From an uncultured Planctomycetota bacterium (GTDB lineage Bacteria > Planctomycetota > Phycisphaerae > Tepidisphaerales > Tepidisphaeraceae), in NCBI GenBank assembly GCA_963841915.1, contig CAWJEN010000006.1, positions 256,001 to 320,000 of the forward strand: a stretch of DNA of 64,000 nucleotides. Direction: 5' to 3'. Position 1 is the stretch's first letter. Each line of letters starts with the position of its first letter. A program made the position numbers and the translations under genes. The notes under the pieces were generated by a model. That model saw nothing but the letters and a program-made list of their open reading frames with translations. It did no database searches and was not told the DNA's origin. Shown here in pieces: positions 1 to 11,300 of the stretch.

Positions 1-954
1 GGCGGTGAGTACCGGTTCGAAAGCCGCGTGACGGGCCTCGACATCGAGCCGACCGGCGACGGGACGCGGCGGGTTCGTGGCGTCGTGCTGTCGAACAATG
101 AACACGTCGCCACCAACCAGGTCGTCCTGGCCATCGGGCACAGCTCACGCGACACGTTCCAGGTGCTTCACGACCTTGGCGTTCATATCGAGGCCAAGCC
201 ATTCTCGCTGGGCTTTCGCATCGAGCATCCGCAACCGCTCATCGACGTTGCCCGGTTTGGCCCCAACGCCGGCCATCCGATTCTCGGGGCGGCCGACTAC
301 AAGCTCGTCCACCACGCGTCGAACGATCGGGACGTCTACAGCTTCTGCATGTGCCCCGGCGGGACGGTGGTCGCTGCTACGTCAGAAGAAGGCCGGGTCG
401 TGACGAACGGGATGAGCCAGTACTCGCGGTCTGAGCGGAACGCCAACGCGGGCATCGTCGTCGGCATCACGCCTGAACGCGACTATCCCGAAGGCCCGCT
501 GGCGGGCGTTGCGTTCCAGCGCAAGTGGGAAACGGCGGCCTTCGTCGCCGGCGGCGAGACCTACGCGGCACCGGCGCAACGGGTCGGAGACTTCCTCGCC
601 GGGCGCGCCAGCAAAGCTATCGGCAGCGTTGTCCCGTCGTACAAGCCGGGCGTTCACCCGACGAATCTGAAAACATGCCTGCCCGACTTTGCAATTGAGG
701 CCATCCGCGAAGCCATTCCGGCATTCGGTCGCAAGATCCGTGGTTTCGACAGCGACGACGCGGTGCTGACAGGCGTGGAGACGCGAACGTCGTCACCCAT
801 TCGCATCAGCCGCGACGAGACGTTCCAGAGCGTCAACACCCGCGGCCTCTTCCCCGCCGGCGAGGGTGCGGGCTACGCCGGTGGCATCTTGTCGGCCGGT
901 GTCGACGGCATCAAGGTCGCCGAGGCCGTCGCCCAAAGCGTGCTGGCCGGTTGA
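1..954 (+). CDS. FAD-dependent oxidoreductase (uncharacterised flavoprotein family), 5' end outside window
   Basis: Motifs LAIGHSSRD, YSFCMCPGG, VVTNGMS, GVETRTSSP and PAGEGAGYAGGILSA; frame is open from the window start. Confidence 0.9.
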   Translation, partial: GGEYRFESRVTGLDIEPTGDGTRRVRGVVLSNNEHVATNQVVLAIGHSSRDTFQVLHDLGVHIEAKPFSLGFRIEHPQPLIDVARFGPNAGHPILGAADYKLVHHASNDRDVYSFCMCPGGTVVAATSEEGRVVTNGMSQYSRSERNANAGIVVGITPERDYPEGPLAGVAFQRKWETAAFVAGGETYAAPAQRVGDFLAGRASKAIGSVVPSYKPGVHPTNLKTCLPDFAIEAIREAIPAFGRKIRGFDSDDAVLTGVETRTSSPIRISRDETFQSVNTRGLFPAGEGAGYAGGILSAGVDGIKVAEAVAQSVLAG

Positions 955-976
955 AGCGTGCCATCCCACAACGGAG

Positions 977-1010
977 AAAGCCGCCGCAAGTGCGGCGGCT
1001 TTTGCTTTTC
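977..1010 (+). terminator. Rho-independent terminator
   Basis: AAAGCCGCCGCA-AG-TGCGGCGGCTTT followed by TGCTTTT, just after the stop at 954. Confidence 0.8.
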
Positions 1011-1447
1011 AAGGCAGAAGATCGGGGCGATGCGACGCCGGTTGAACGGTTTTTAGAAGCTGCTTTGCACGAGTTCTGCCTCTGACCTCGGTTTCTGTCG
1101 CGGGGCGATCTGGCGAATGAGCTTGCGATGGGGCGAGACGGCGTAGCCCGAAATGTCGGACAGTGCTCAAGTCGTGTCAAGATAGCGAGCGCTCCCGCCG
1201 GCCTTTGCATTGGCGTGCAGCAGCCTCGGCCGACCATGCGTTTCCCAGGAGCAATTGCTCAAGGCGATGCTGTCGCAGTGCCCACTCTTCATCCGCAGCG
1301 AGCACGAGGAGCTTCCGGCCGACCGATGAGCGGAACGTCGAATTTGATGATGGCTCCAAACGCGCAGGCCGTTCTTGGTGGAACTTCAACGGCGGGATGC
1401 AATCTTGTCCAAGGCGATTCACCTCATCGTCAACACGCGGTTCGAGG

Positions 1448-2373
1448 TCAGGCGCGCGTTCGGCGACGCATGGCGACAATCGCGAGCAGCGCGGACGTAC
1501 CCAATGCACTGACCGGCTCGGGGACGGCGGTGATGGAGATAAAGCCGTTGCCGGCGTTGAGGCCGCCCTGGAGCGAGGGGTTCAGGGCGAAGTCGGCGAG
1601 GAACGACCCACCGCCGCCGCCGCCGCCAACGACGAAGGAGTCGCCGGCACCGCCGCCGCCGCTGTAGCCGCCGCCCCCGCCGCCGCCCTGGATGCCCGAG
1701 CCGCCACCGCCGCCGAAGCCGCCGATGCCTTGGAAGAGGTTGCCGCCGCCGCCGGCGAGACCATTTAGGTAGGACTGGCCGCCAAATCCCCGCTCACCCG
1801 TCGCCCCATCGCCACCGTCGGTGAAGAAGCCCCCGCCGCCGCCAGCGCCACCAAAGTTGCCGCCCGCGCCGCCGTTGCCGGCGAGTCCGCCGGCACCACC
1901 GTTCGTTCCCGCGCCGCCGGAAGGTGTCGTCAAGCCCGGGTTGCCGCTGACGGAGGAGCGTGTCCCGCCACCGCCGCCGGCGATGACGAGCGGGATATCG
2001 CCCGGGCCGACGACGAAGCTGCCGCCCCCGCCGCCGGCGTATTGCACGTTGATTCCTGCCGTTTGACCTTGGCCACCAACGGCAAGCGTCAAGATCTGGC
2101 CTTGGCTCAGGGCGAAGTCACCGCTGATGATGGCTCCCAAGCCGCCGCTGGAGGTATTGCCGCTACCGCCCTGCGCCCCGCGGCGGTGATGGTGTAGGTG
2201 CCGGTGGCAGGGACCTCGAAGGTGGTGAAGTCGCCGGTGAAGTCGATTAGCGCGGCCGACGCCGGCGCCGGCGATGCGGCAGCGGCGAGGACCGCCGCCA
2301 ATACGGTCGTGCCGAAGCGGGTCAGGCGGGACAGCAGCGATGTGGAGCCGGCGTGGCGTGCGGGTTGGGACAT
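1448..2373 (-). pseudogene. Glycine-rich PEP-CTERM protein split by a 1-nt frameshift (pseudogene or assembly indel)
   Basis: Signal peptide plus FEVPATGTYTITAAG in one frame; AQGGSG...VPEP-TM-RRR in another. One extra G in the GGGG run (2176-2179) joins them. Confidence 0.8.
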
Positions 2374-2444
2374 GACTTTCTCCGGAAAGGTGGTTGCGAC
2401 AAAGCGTGTCGTTCGCGGTGGCGGACGCCCGCCTCCGGTCACAG

Positions 2445-2476
2445 AGCGTGAAGCGCGCCTGATCGGGATCAGAAAA
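2445..2476 (-). promoter_or_regulatory. Putative ECF sigma promoter TTTTC-TGATCC-N17-CGCT
   Basis: Same motif and spacing as 5712-5743 and 8254-8280. Confidence 0.6.
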
Positions 2477-2484
2477 ACCTTCGG

Positions 2485-5046
2485 CTACTGCTCCGACGCC
2501 GCCTCGAACCGTTGACGCCAGTCGGCGGCCTGCTCCGAGTCGCCTTTCCGCTCGTACAGCGTGGCGAGGCTTTCGAGTATGCCCGCCCGCCGCGGGTGGT
2601 TCGGCGGTAGGATCCGCTCGGCGAGCGTGTGGGCCTCCAGCAGCAACGGCTCGGCCCCGGCGAGGTCGCCGCCGTCGCGGTGGACGATGCCCTTCTTGCG
2701 CAGGATCGAGAAGATGACGTAGTCCATGTCGAGCGGCGACGCGCGTGCCAGTTGCAACGCCTCGTCGAAGATTGGATCGGCCTCCTCAATTCCCCTGTTC
2801 AAGCCGATGATGAAAGCAAGATCTGCCAGGCCGCGTAGGCGCTCGGGGTGGTCGGCGCCGCGTCGTTGAACCTCGAGTGCGTCACTTTCGCGTCGCAACG
2901 CGATCCCGCGGTCGACATCACCGAGGATCCGGTAGTAATCGCCGAGCGTCTGCATGGTGGAGACGGTTCCGGGATAACTCGGAGCGAAGTGCTCACGTTG
3001 GAGGTTCAGCAACTGCTCGGCGTGTGCAAGCGCTTCCTCGCGTCGACCTAGGAACCACAGAGTTCGGTGGAGCCAGCCGAGCGTTTCCAAGGTTTCGCTA
3101 TGGCGGTCGCCGAGCAGGCGTCGCTGGTCAGCGAGGTCGGCTTCGAGCAGCGGGAGGGCTTCGGCAAACTCGTTCCTGCGAAGTAACACCTGTGCCAGCC
3201 CCGTCCTCGGCCAGGTCGGCCGATCGGGCTCGCCCATCTGAAAGGCCGTTCGGTCTATCGGATGCTCGAGGATCTGCCGGTACATTGCCTCGGCCTCATC
3301 GAGACGATGCAAACTGGCGTAGGCGTTGGCGAGCTGTTCGCGGCTCTTGAGCAGCCGCGGGTCGCTCGGTGGGAGCGTGGCCTGCTCAAGGTCGACGACC
3401 TTCTCGTGCTCCGCGAGCGCGTCCTGATATCGGCCCATACCGGTGTAGCTCACACCGATGAGGCGGTGGACGCGGGCGGCGACGAGCGGGTAATCGGGAA
3501 ACGCCACGTCGACCCTGGCCGCGGCGCGGTCGATGGCCTCGACGAGCGTCGTCGCCGGGCCGCCGTCGGTGCGATCGGTGTTGGCCAGCGCCAGCACCTC
3601 GAAGGCGAAGAAGTCGTTCACGCCCTCGGCCATGACCTGGCGGTCCTCGGCCTCGGCGCGGGCTTCGGCCTCGGCCTGGCGGGCAAGCTCCTCGGCCGCA
3701 AGCGCCGCCTGTGCCTTGTCGCGCTGGTCGGCGACCCGCTGCGCCTGCCAGGCAAACCCGATCACGCCCAGCAATAGCGCCGCCGCCACCGCGGCAGCGC
3801 TGGCCACCAGGCCGCGGTTGCGACGCACGAACTTTTTGAGTTGATACGATCGGCTCGGCGGGACCGCTTCGACAGCGTCTCCGCGAATGTACCGCTGCAA
3901 ATCGTCCGCCAGTTCTCCCGGCGAGCTGTACCGACGCCGACGGTCCTTTTCCAACGCCTTCATCGCGATCCAGTCGAGCTCGCCCTCGATCAGGTTGCTG
4001 AGCCGACGTGGCTCGAGCCGGCGATTGGCCGCGACATTGCCGAGGGTGTTTCGGGACTGCGAGAGCTTTGTGCTCGGCCGGGGCGGATCGACTTCGGTGA
4101 GGATGCGGCAGATCTCCGCATACGCGGCGCTTCGCAGCGACGTTCCATCGAACGGGGTCTCGCCGGTCAGCAATTCGTAGAGCAGCACGCCGAGCGAGTA
4201 GACGTCGGTCCGCGTGTCGATGTCCATCGCGCCGTCGGCCTGCTCGGGGCTCATGTACTCCGGGGTGCCGATGAGCTGGCGGTGCTCGGTGTAGAACGTC
4301 TTCTCGGTCAGCCGTCCAGCGGTTGCTTTGGCGATGCCGAAGTCGATCACCTTGGCCTGCGGGGTGTCGTCCCTCGTGGTGACCAGCACGTTGCCCGGCT
4401 TCAGGTCACGGTGGATGATGCCCTTCTGGTGAGCGTGCTGCGTCGCTTGGCAGACCTGAACAAACAACTCGAGTCGCTCGGCGATGCCAAGACGATGCCT
4501 ATCGCAGTACCGCGTGATCGGTTCGCCCTCACAGAACTCCATGACGAAGAACGGCCGGCCCGCGGGTGTGCTGCCGGCGTCGAACACCTTGGCCACGTTC
4601 GGGTGATCCATCACCGCCAGCGCCTGCCGCTCCTGCTCGAAGCGGGCTACGACCTGCTCGGTGTCCATGCCGAGCTTGACGATTTTCAATGCCACGCGTC
4701 GACGTACCGGCCGGCGCTGCTCGGCGAGAAAAACGTGCCCGAAGCCGCCCTCGCCGACTTTCTGCACGAGCTTGTACGGGCCGATCTCCGAATCGGCGCC
4801 CTCGGCGACCGGTGCGGTGTCGGACGACTGCGCTGACGCACCCTCGATGTCGCTCGGCTCCAGCGTCGGGTCGCTCAGAAATTGCTCGTCATCGGCCGCG
4901 GCGACCATGGCTTTTAGTCGCGTGCACAGCTTTGGCTGCTGCTTGCACGCCTGCTCGACAAATGCGTCGCGCTCCTCGGCCGGCAAATCCATGGCCGACT
5001 CGAACAGCGTGCGGAGCGTCTTCGAAAGATCGTCGCCAGCGTTCAT
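2485..5046 (-). CDS. Membrane Ser/Thr protein kinase with C-terminal TPR repeats
   Basis: [24 protein letters not shown] and GTPEYMSPE motifs; TM segment; TPR-like repeats. Confidence 0.95.
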   Translation of the reverse strand: MNAGDDLSKTLRTLFESAMDLPAEERDAFVEQACKQQPKLCTRLKAMVAAADDEQFLSDPTLEPSDIEGASAQSSDTAPVAEGADSEIGPYKLVQKVGEGGFGHVFLAEQRRPVRRRVALKIVKLGMDTEQVVARFEQERQALAVMDHPNVAKVFDAGSTPAGRPFFVMEFCEGEPITRYCDRHRLGIAERLELFVQVCQATQHAHQKGIIHRDLKPGNVLVTTRDDTPQAKVIDFGIAKATAGRLTEKTFYTEHRQLIGTPEYMSPEQADGAMDIDTRTDVYSLGVLLYELLTGETPFDGTSLRSAAYAEICRILTEVDPPRPSTKLSQSRNTLGNVAANRRLEPRRLSNLIEGELDWIAMKALEKDRRRRYSSPGELADDLQRYIRGDAVEAVPPSRSYQLKKFVRRNRGLVASAAAVAAALLLGVIGFAWQAQRVADQRDKAQAALAAEELARQAEAEARAEAEDRQVMAEGVNDFFAFEVLALANTDRTDGGPATTLVEAIDRAAARVDVAFPDYPLVAARVHRLIGVSYTGMGRYQDALAEHEKVVDLEQATLPPSDPRLLKSREQLANAYASLHRLDEAEAMYRQILEHPIDRTAFQMGEPDRPTWPRTGLAQVLLRRNEFAEALPLLEADLADQRRLLGDRHSETLETLGWLHRTLWFLGRREEALAHAEQLLNLQREHFAPSYPGTVSTMQTLGDYYRILGDVDRGIALRRESDALEVQRRGADHPERLRGLADLAFIIGLNRGIEEADPIFDEALQLARASPLDMDYVIFSILRKKGIVHRDGGDLAGAEPLLLEAHTLAERILPPNHPRRAGILESLATLYERKGDSEQAADWRQRFEAASEQ

Positions 5047-5067
5047 CGTTGTCCTGCTCGATCAGTT

Positions 5068-5652
5068 TTAAACGCGCCCGGACTCGATGGCCTCCTTCAG
5101 CCATGCACGCGCGTAGGCCCACGACCGCTTTACCGTCGAGGTCGACACGTCCAGCGCCGCGGCGGTGTCCTCGACGCTCAGGCCGGCGAAGTAACGCAGC
5201 CGCACCACCTCGGCGGCATCGGGGTCGCTGCCCGCTAAGCGAGAGATCGCCTCGTCGAGGATCAGAAATCCTGCGGCTTCTTTCTCCGAGTTTGGATCAG
5301 GCAGGCCGGCTAGGTCGATCGCGGCACGGCGGGCATCGGGGCCGCCCCGTTTGCCGGCGGACTTCTTGCGGGCGTGATCGATCAGGATTCGCCGCATCGC
5401 ATCGGCGGCAGCGACAAAGAAGTGCTTGCGATTCTGCCACGGCACCTGCCGTGGGCCGGCCAGCTTCAGGTACGCCTCGTGCACAAGCGCCGTCGCCTGC
5501 AGCGTGTGCCCGGCCCGCTCGGCCTTGAGCTGCTGCTGCGCGACGGCCCGAAGCTGCGTGTACACCAACGGCAACAGCTTGTCGGCCGAGGCTTGGTTGC
5601 CGTCGGAGGCCTGCTGCAGAACCTGGGTGAAGTCGCGCTCGACGGATGACAC
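5068..5652 (-). CDS. ECF RNA polymerase sigma factor, TIGR02999 type
   Basis: LLPLVYxxLR, HTLQATALVHEAYL, AMRRILIDHAR, LRYFAGLS and WAYARAWL motifs; lies directly upstream of the kinase. Confidence 0.95.
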   Translation of the reverse strand: MSSVERDFTQVLQQASDGNQASADKLLPLVYTQLRAVAQQQLKAERAGHTLQATALVHEAYLKLAGPRQVPWQNRKHFFVAAADAMRRILIDHARKKSAGKRGGPDARRAAIDLAGLPDPNSEKEAAGFLILDEAISRLAGSDPDAAEVVRLRYFAGLSVEDTAAALDVSTSTVKRSWAYARAWLKEAIESGRV

Positions 5653-5711
5653 AAAGAAGCTTCCGCACGCAATCTGCCACGGGCGGGAAAAAATTCAAAG
5701 CGTCGCGGGGA

Positions 5712-5743
5712 TTTTCTGATCCTTTTTCCGGGCGGTTCTCGCT
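5712..5743 (+). promoter_or_regulatory. Putative ECF sigma promoter TTTTC-TGATCC-N17-CGCT
   Basis: Upstream of the PEP-CTERM protease and divergent from the ECF gene; motif recurs in the locus. Confidence 0.6.
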
Positions 5744-5821
5744 TAGGGGGCAGTTCGTGCAGGCACGTCGTCACCGATGTCAGCCACGCGACACCCCACA
5801 AACCCTAACCCGGAGACTCGA

Positions 5822-8134
5822 ATGCCTCGCACTCGCACCGCCTCGTCCATCCTCGCCCTGGCCGCCGCCGCCACGTTGGCCGCATCGGCTCAAGCCCAAG
5901 TTACCTTCAACGTCACCTTCGAAGACGTCACCGCCAACAACGGTATCGGCTTCGCCGACCCCAACGAGGGCGCGGCCCGCCGACAAACGATCACCAACGT
6001 TACCAACTACCTCAGCACCGTCCTCGACGGACGTGGCTCGGCCAACTTTGTGTTCCGCGCCAGCGAGAACAAACCCAACAGCAACACTCTGGCCAGCTTC
6101 GGCCCGACCCGCGGCAGCTACACCGGGCAGCAATTCTTCTACAACGGCCTGCCTTATCAGCGCCTGCGCATGGGCAACACCGTTTTTGGGCCCAACGACA
6201 CCGACGGGGCCGGCTCGTTCAACTTCGGCAAGAACTTCTACGCCGGCACCGGCACCGTGCCGGCCGACCAGTTCGACATGTACTCGACCGCGCTGCACGA
6301 GATCACCCACGGCCTGGGCTGGATCGACGGCGTCGGCCCCGGCGGCGTCCCAGACGCCAACCGCACGCAGTTTCCCGTCCTCTCCAGTTGGCTCCGCCGC
6401 GGCAGCGGCACCAATGCGACGCCTCTGTGGGAGCGGGACGTCAACAGCCCCAACTACGGAAAGTTCGTCGGCGACCAGAGCACCTTCACGAACGCCAACG
6501 ACGCGAACACCGGCCTCTTCTTCCACGGCCCGTTCGCTAAGGAGATCTTCGGCGGCGCTGTGCCGATGTTCGCGCCCAACCCCTACCAGGAGGGCTCGAG
6601 CATCGCCCACACCAATGTGAACCCGGTCGCGCTGATGAACCCCTCGACGCCCCGAGGCCCCGGCGAGCGCACGTACAAACCGTTCGAGATCGGCATGCTC
6701 ATGGATCTGGGCTACAACCAGTACAAGTGGGACGACGCCGACGGCACCTTCCTGGCCGGCAGCACTACCGAAACCCTCGCGCAAAGCAACTGGCGCTCCG
6801 ACGACGCATTCCTCCGGCTCAACGGCACTAACTACAACACCAAAGCCAGCCCGCAGCCCGGCAATGTCCTGGCGCCCTACGCAAAGGTCACCAGCAACAT
6901 CAATCTCGAGTTCGGCGGCACAGGCACGACCGGCTACACCGCCACCAACGACGTTGGCACCACCGCGGCTGATCCCTTCCGCCTGGCCCGCATGCAGCTC
7001 AGCTCGACGTCCACTGCCGCCAACACCATCGCCGGCGGGCACTTCACCTGGGGCCAGAACGCCGACGGCACCGCCAGCGCACTGGCGCCGGCCATTGAGC
7101 AGAACGGCACTGGTGCCTTCGTCATCAGCTCGACCATGAGCATCCCCAATGGCCTGACCGTCCGCGGTACCGGCAACGGCGACCTCACGATCGCCGGCGC
7201 TGTCGACGGTGCCGGAGCGCTCACCAAGCAAGGGGCCAGCAAGCTCATCCTCAACGGCAACGGCGCGGCCAACAGTCTCTCGTTCGCTGGAGGCCTCAAC
7301 GTCAACGCGGGCACCGTTGATCTCAACACCGCCTACACCGGTGCGATCAACAACAACGGCGGCACGCTCAACAACAACGCCGCCAACATGATGGCCACCG
7401 TCAACAACAACGCCGGCACGACCAACGTCAACAACAATGCCGGCACCGTCAACAACAACGGCGGCATGGTCAACGTCGGCATGAACGCCAACGTCGACAT
7501 GATGATGCAGAACGGCGGCATGACCAACGTCGCCGGCACCGTCGACAACTTCGACATGTTCGGCGGCACCGTCGGCGGCGACGGCACCATCGACGACTTC
7601 GACTTCTGGGACGGCGCCTTCGACCCCGGCAACAGCCCCGGCGACCTCACCATCAACAACACCACCATCTACGGCGCCGGCGACATGTCCGCCAACGGCA
7701 CCGCCGGCGGCAACGCCTACTACAACTGGGAGATTGACACCCTCCCGATCGACGGCGGCCAGGCCGGCGACATCGAGGGCTGGGACCTTTGGGAAATGGG
7801 CAACCTCGATCTGCGCGACAACGCGTTCGAGATCGAGCTCAGCAGCATCGACGACCTTGGCAACCTGGCGCCGCTGCCGAACTGGGACCCGAACCTGGAA
7901 TGGAGTTTTCTGATCGCGACGGTGACGAACAACGAGTTCCTCACCGATGCCGCCAGCTTCTTCGTCGACGACACGCTGTTCGCCAGCTTCAACAACGTTG
8001 GCGGCGGCGACTGGGGCCTGTCCACCGTCGACGGCAGCGGCCTGTACCTCGACTGGACGCCTGTCCCCGAGCCGGCCAGCCTCGCCCTGCTGGCCTTGCC
8101 GGCCCTCGCACTTCAGCGCCGGCGGTCCGCTTAG
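5822..8134 (+). CDS. PEP-CTERM protein with a zinc-metallopeptidase-like domain and autotransporter-type beta-strand repeats
   Basis: Signal peptide, HEITHGLG (HExxH), GSSIAH, GALTKQGASKLIL repeat, VPEP-TM-RRR. Confidence 0.88.
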   Translation: MPRTRTASSILALAAAATLAASAQAQVTFNVTFEDVTANNGIGFADPNEGAARRQTITNVTNYLSTVLDGRGSANFVFRASENKPNSNTLASFGPTRGSYTGQQFFYNGLPYQRLRMGNTVFGPNDTDGAGSFNFGKNFYAGTGTVPADQFDMYSTALHEITHGLGWIDGVGPGGVPDANRTQFPVLSSWLRRGSGTNATPLWERDVNSPNYGKFVGDQSTFTNANDANTGLFFHGPFAKEIFGGAVPMFAPNPYQEGSSIAHTNVNPVALMNPSTPRGPGERTYKPFEIGMLMDLGYNQYKWDDADGTFLAGSTTETLAQSNWRSDDAFLRLNGTNYNTKASPQPGNVLAPYAKVTSNINLEFGGTGTTGYTATNDVGTTAADPFRLARMQLSSTSTAANTIAGGHFTWGQNADGTASALAPAIEQNGTGAFVISSTMSIPNGLTVRGTGNGDLTIAGAVDGAGALTKQGASKLILNGNGAANSLSFAGGLNVNAGTVDLNTAYTGAINNNGGTLNNNAANMMATVNNNAGTTNVNNNAGTVNNNGGMVNVGMNANVDMMMQNGGMTNVAGTVDNFDMFGGTVGGDGTIDDFDFWDGAFDPGNSPGDLTINNTTIYGAGDMSANGTAGGNAYYNWEIDTLPIDGGQAGDIEGWDLWEMGNLDLRDNAFEIELSSIDDLGNLAPLPNWDPNLEWSFLIATVTNNEFLTDAASFFVDDTLFASFNNVGGGDWGLSTVDGSGLYLDWTPVPEPASLALLALPALALQRRRSA

Positions 8135-8160
8135 CGGACTTGAAACCCTGCACGTACCGG

Positions 8161-8187
8161 GCCACCGTCTTTCGACGGTGGCTTTCT
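8161..8187 (+). terminator. Probable terminator hairpin
   Basis: GCCACCGTC-TTTC-GACGGTGGC followed by TTTCT. Confidence 0.65.
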
Positions 8188-8253
8188 CCGCTGTCGGTCT
8201 GTCTGCCTTCCAGAACGAGAATCGAGAAACACTTCGATAATTACCAGTTTCCC

Positions 8254-8280
8254 TGAACCCTCCCAAGCCGAGTCGACGCT
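8254..8280 (+). promoter_or_regulatory. Putative ECF sigma promoter TGAACC-N17-CGCT
   Basis: Third copy with identical spacing, upstream of the CDS at 8397. Confidence 0.55.
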
Positions 8281-8396
8281 TTGTGGGCATCCATTGCACG
8301 CGCTGCGGGGTGTTTTCCGGGTCGAACCGTCGACCGCCCCTGCCGCCGCGTGCGGGTTGCCCGATGATGCGGGCTTTCAACTCGAGAGGGAACCCC

Positions 8397-11300
8397 ATGA
8401 CCGCCCGCCGATCCACCACCATGCCCGCCACCGAAGCCAGCGTTCGTCGCCGTCCCGTTGTCGAGACGCTGGAGCAGCGCAAGCTGCTGACATTGATGCT
8501 GGGTGACCCGCAGATCTCAAACCCCGGATTCGAGATCGGCGCGATGGAGACCGCCGATTTCAATGGCGACGGCATCCTCGATGTCGCCGTGGTCGAGACA
8601 GTCACGCGATACAGCCAGCCCGGCGATGGGGTCGTCAAGATCGGATTGGGTGACGGCACCGGTTCTTTCGAATTCGGCACCGGCTACGAGGTCATCCTCG
8701 AGATTCCGACCAACCAGAGCTACGTCGTCAACCTCACCGTCGGCGATATCAACGGCGACGGTCATCAAGATCTGGCCGGAGCACATGCGCTCGACAATGG
8801 TATCTTTTACATGATCAATCGTGGCGACGGCTCTTTTTTCACTCCGTCCCACTACATTACACGAGGCGAAAGACCCAACAACCCCCGGCTCGCCGACATC
8901 AACGGAGACGGGTATGCCGACATCTTCTTCGTCTCAAACAGTGACACGCAAGGCCACGCAGCGATCCTCTACGGCAACCCAGACGGTTTCGACGACAATC
9001 GTCGAGTCATCTTCACTGGGGAAGAAGCCATCGGGACATATATCGGAGATATTAACGGGCAAGGCACGCTCGATATTGGCGTTATGACGACCAATTCAGC
9101 AGCATCGGCAAATGACCGAATCACGACGTTTCTGTCTTTTTTCGGCCCGGAGTACAACTTCGCGCTCGCCCAAGAATTGAATGGACATGCCCAATTTGTC
9201 AAGGCTGCAGAAACGGATCAAAACCCCCGTGGAGAGCTCTATTTCTCATCGTCGGATCGCCGAGCTCTCGGTGCTTTCCCGGACTTTCTTGATCCTGTGA
9301 TTCGCACCTTCCCCGCCGGCAACGAACCCCGTAAATTCGACGTTGGAGACCTTGACGGTGACGGCAACGCTGATCTGGTGACACAGGCTGGATTCAGCTC
9401 AGGCTCGATTCTCTTCTTGCCCGGCAATGGCGACGTCACGTTTGGTGCCCCTACGACACTTCATACCTACACGAGCCCACAAGGATCTGGGATCGCCTTG
9501 GTAGATCTTGATGGTGACGGGGACAATGACCTGCTGCACGCGGAAGGCCGTAATGTCCATGCACTCCGCACGTTGAACGAGGCGCCCACAGTCGACTTTT
9601 CAACACCGCACGTCACTCGCTATACCAACCAAGGCGTTGTTGACCTTTTCGCCGCGACCAATCCCAACACCGGCGGCGGCACCTTCAGCGGGCCAGGGGT
9701 GACGAACAATCGGCTCGATCCCGCCGCCCTGCAGCCGGGCACATACACCCTCGAGTACACGCTCAGCGACGGCTTTGGGACCCCCAGCACCACGACGTTG
9801 CCGGTGGTTATCCGCGGTGAAAATCGCAGCCTGCACGTCACCCAGACGGCCGACGCCGACAATCATAACGACTACCAGACCAGCCTGCGCGAAGCGGTGC
9901 AATTTGCCAATGTCGTCCCGGCCGCGACGGACTTCAGCGTGCACGAGTGGATGTTCAACGGCTCCGCCTTCTCCCAGGGCGACACGCTCACCCTGACCAC
10001 TAACCAGCAGGGCCAGGCCGGCAGCGCGTGGATGCAGGAAGCCGTCAACGTTCGCGACTTCACCGCCAGCTTTACCTACGACCAGGACCGCGGCGCGGAT
10101 GGGGCCGACGGGTTCACCATCACCCTGCACGGCAACGACCTGAACGCCGTGGGCGGCAGCGGCGGCGGTCTCGGGTATGCCGGCATCGGCAACTCGATCG
10201 CCCTGGCCTTCAACATCTACGCGGACGCGACGCCGGGCTTTGCGATGTTGCTCAACGGAAACGTCAGCGGCGGCTACACGCCCCTCGGCGGTGGCATTAG
10301 CCTGACCAACGGCCAGCCCATCGATATCACCGTGCGAGGCACGATCAACAACCTGCTTCTCACGCTGACGCAAGGCAGCAACACCTGGACCACGTCGACC
10401 CCCGGTGCCGCCAACTTCACCGGAAGCGCCGCAGCTTACTTCGGCTTCACCGGCGCCACCGGCGCCGGCACCGCCAGGCAGACCATTACCAATCTCAACG
10501 TTCAAAGTCAGCCCCTGACCCGCACAGTCACCTTTGACAGTGCCCTTGCCGGCCAGACTTTCGTTCTGAACCAAGGCTGGAACGCCGCGAGTGATCACAG
10601 CGCCTTCGCCATTGACGGAAACGTCGCCATCGACGGCGGCGATGCCGGCTTGACCTTCGTCATCGACGATGCGACGGATCGCCGCCACTTCACGGTCAAC
10701 GGCGGCGGCAACCTGAGGCTCAATCGCTTGAACCTGACCGGCGGCTTTGGCGACTTCGGCGGCTCCATCTGGAACCACGGCAGCTTCTCCGCCCACAACA
10801 GCGCCTTCTTCGGCAACCGTGCCACCCAGGAAGGTGGCGCGATCCAGAGCTGGGGCGGCTCCACCTCGCTCTACCTCAACAATGTGACCCTGGCCGGCAA
10901 CACCAGCGACAGCACGGCCGGCGCGCTCGGCACCGGCGCCGCAACCAGCGGTCTGGAGCACGTTACCATTGTCGACAACACCGCCGCGGCCAACGGCGGC
11001 AGCGTGCTCATTTACCAGACCGACCTCTACGTCGGCAACTCGATCATCGCCCGCAACGTGAACGACGGCGTCGTTGTCAATGGTGACGGCAGCGGCAAGC
11101 TTCGCTTCAACAGCCACGACAACCTGCTGGGCATCGGCAACTGGCCCAACGTAACCGACGGGCAAAACGGCAACCGCCTGCAAGTGACAAGCGGCGACCT
11201 GCTGATGACCACGTTGGGCGACTTCGGCGGCCCGACGTCCACCCTTGCCCTGCTGCCCGGCAGTCTCGCGATCGACGCCGCCGCCGGGGGCGCGGCGATC

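Noticed and set aside
1010..1447. Degraded gene or IS remnant
   Set aside because: One frame looks protein-like with several stops, but I cannot assign a family or find terminal repeats.
1600..2040. (GCC)n microsatellite-like tracts
   Set aside because: These are poly-Gly codons of the PEP-CTERM protein.
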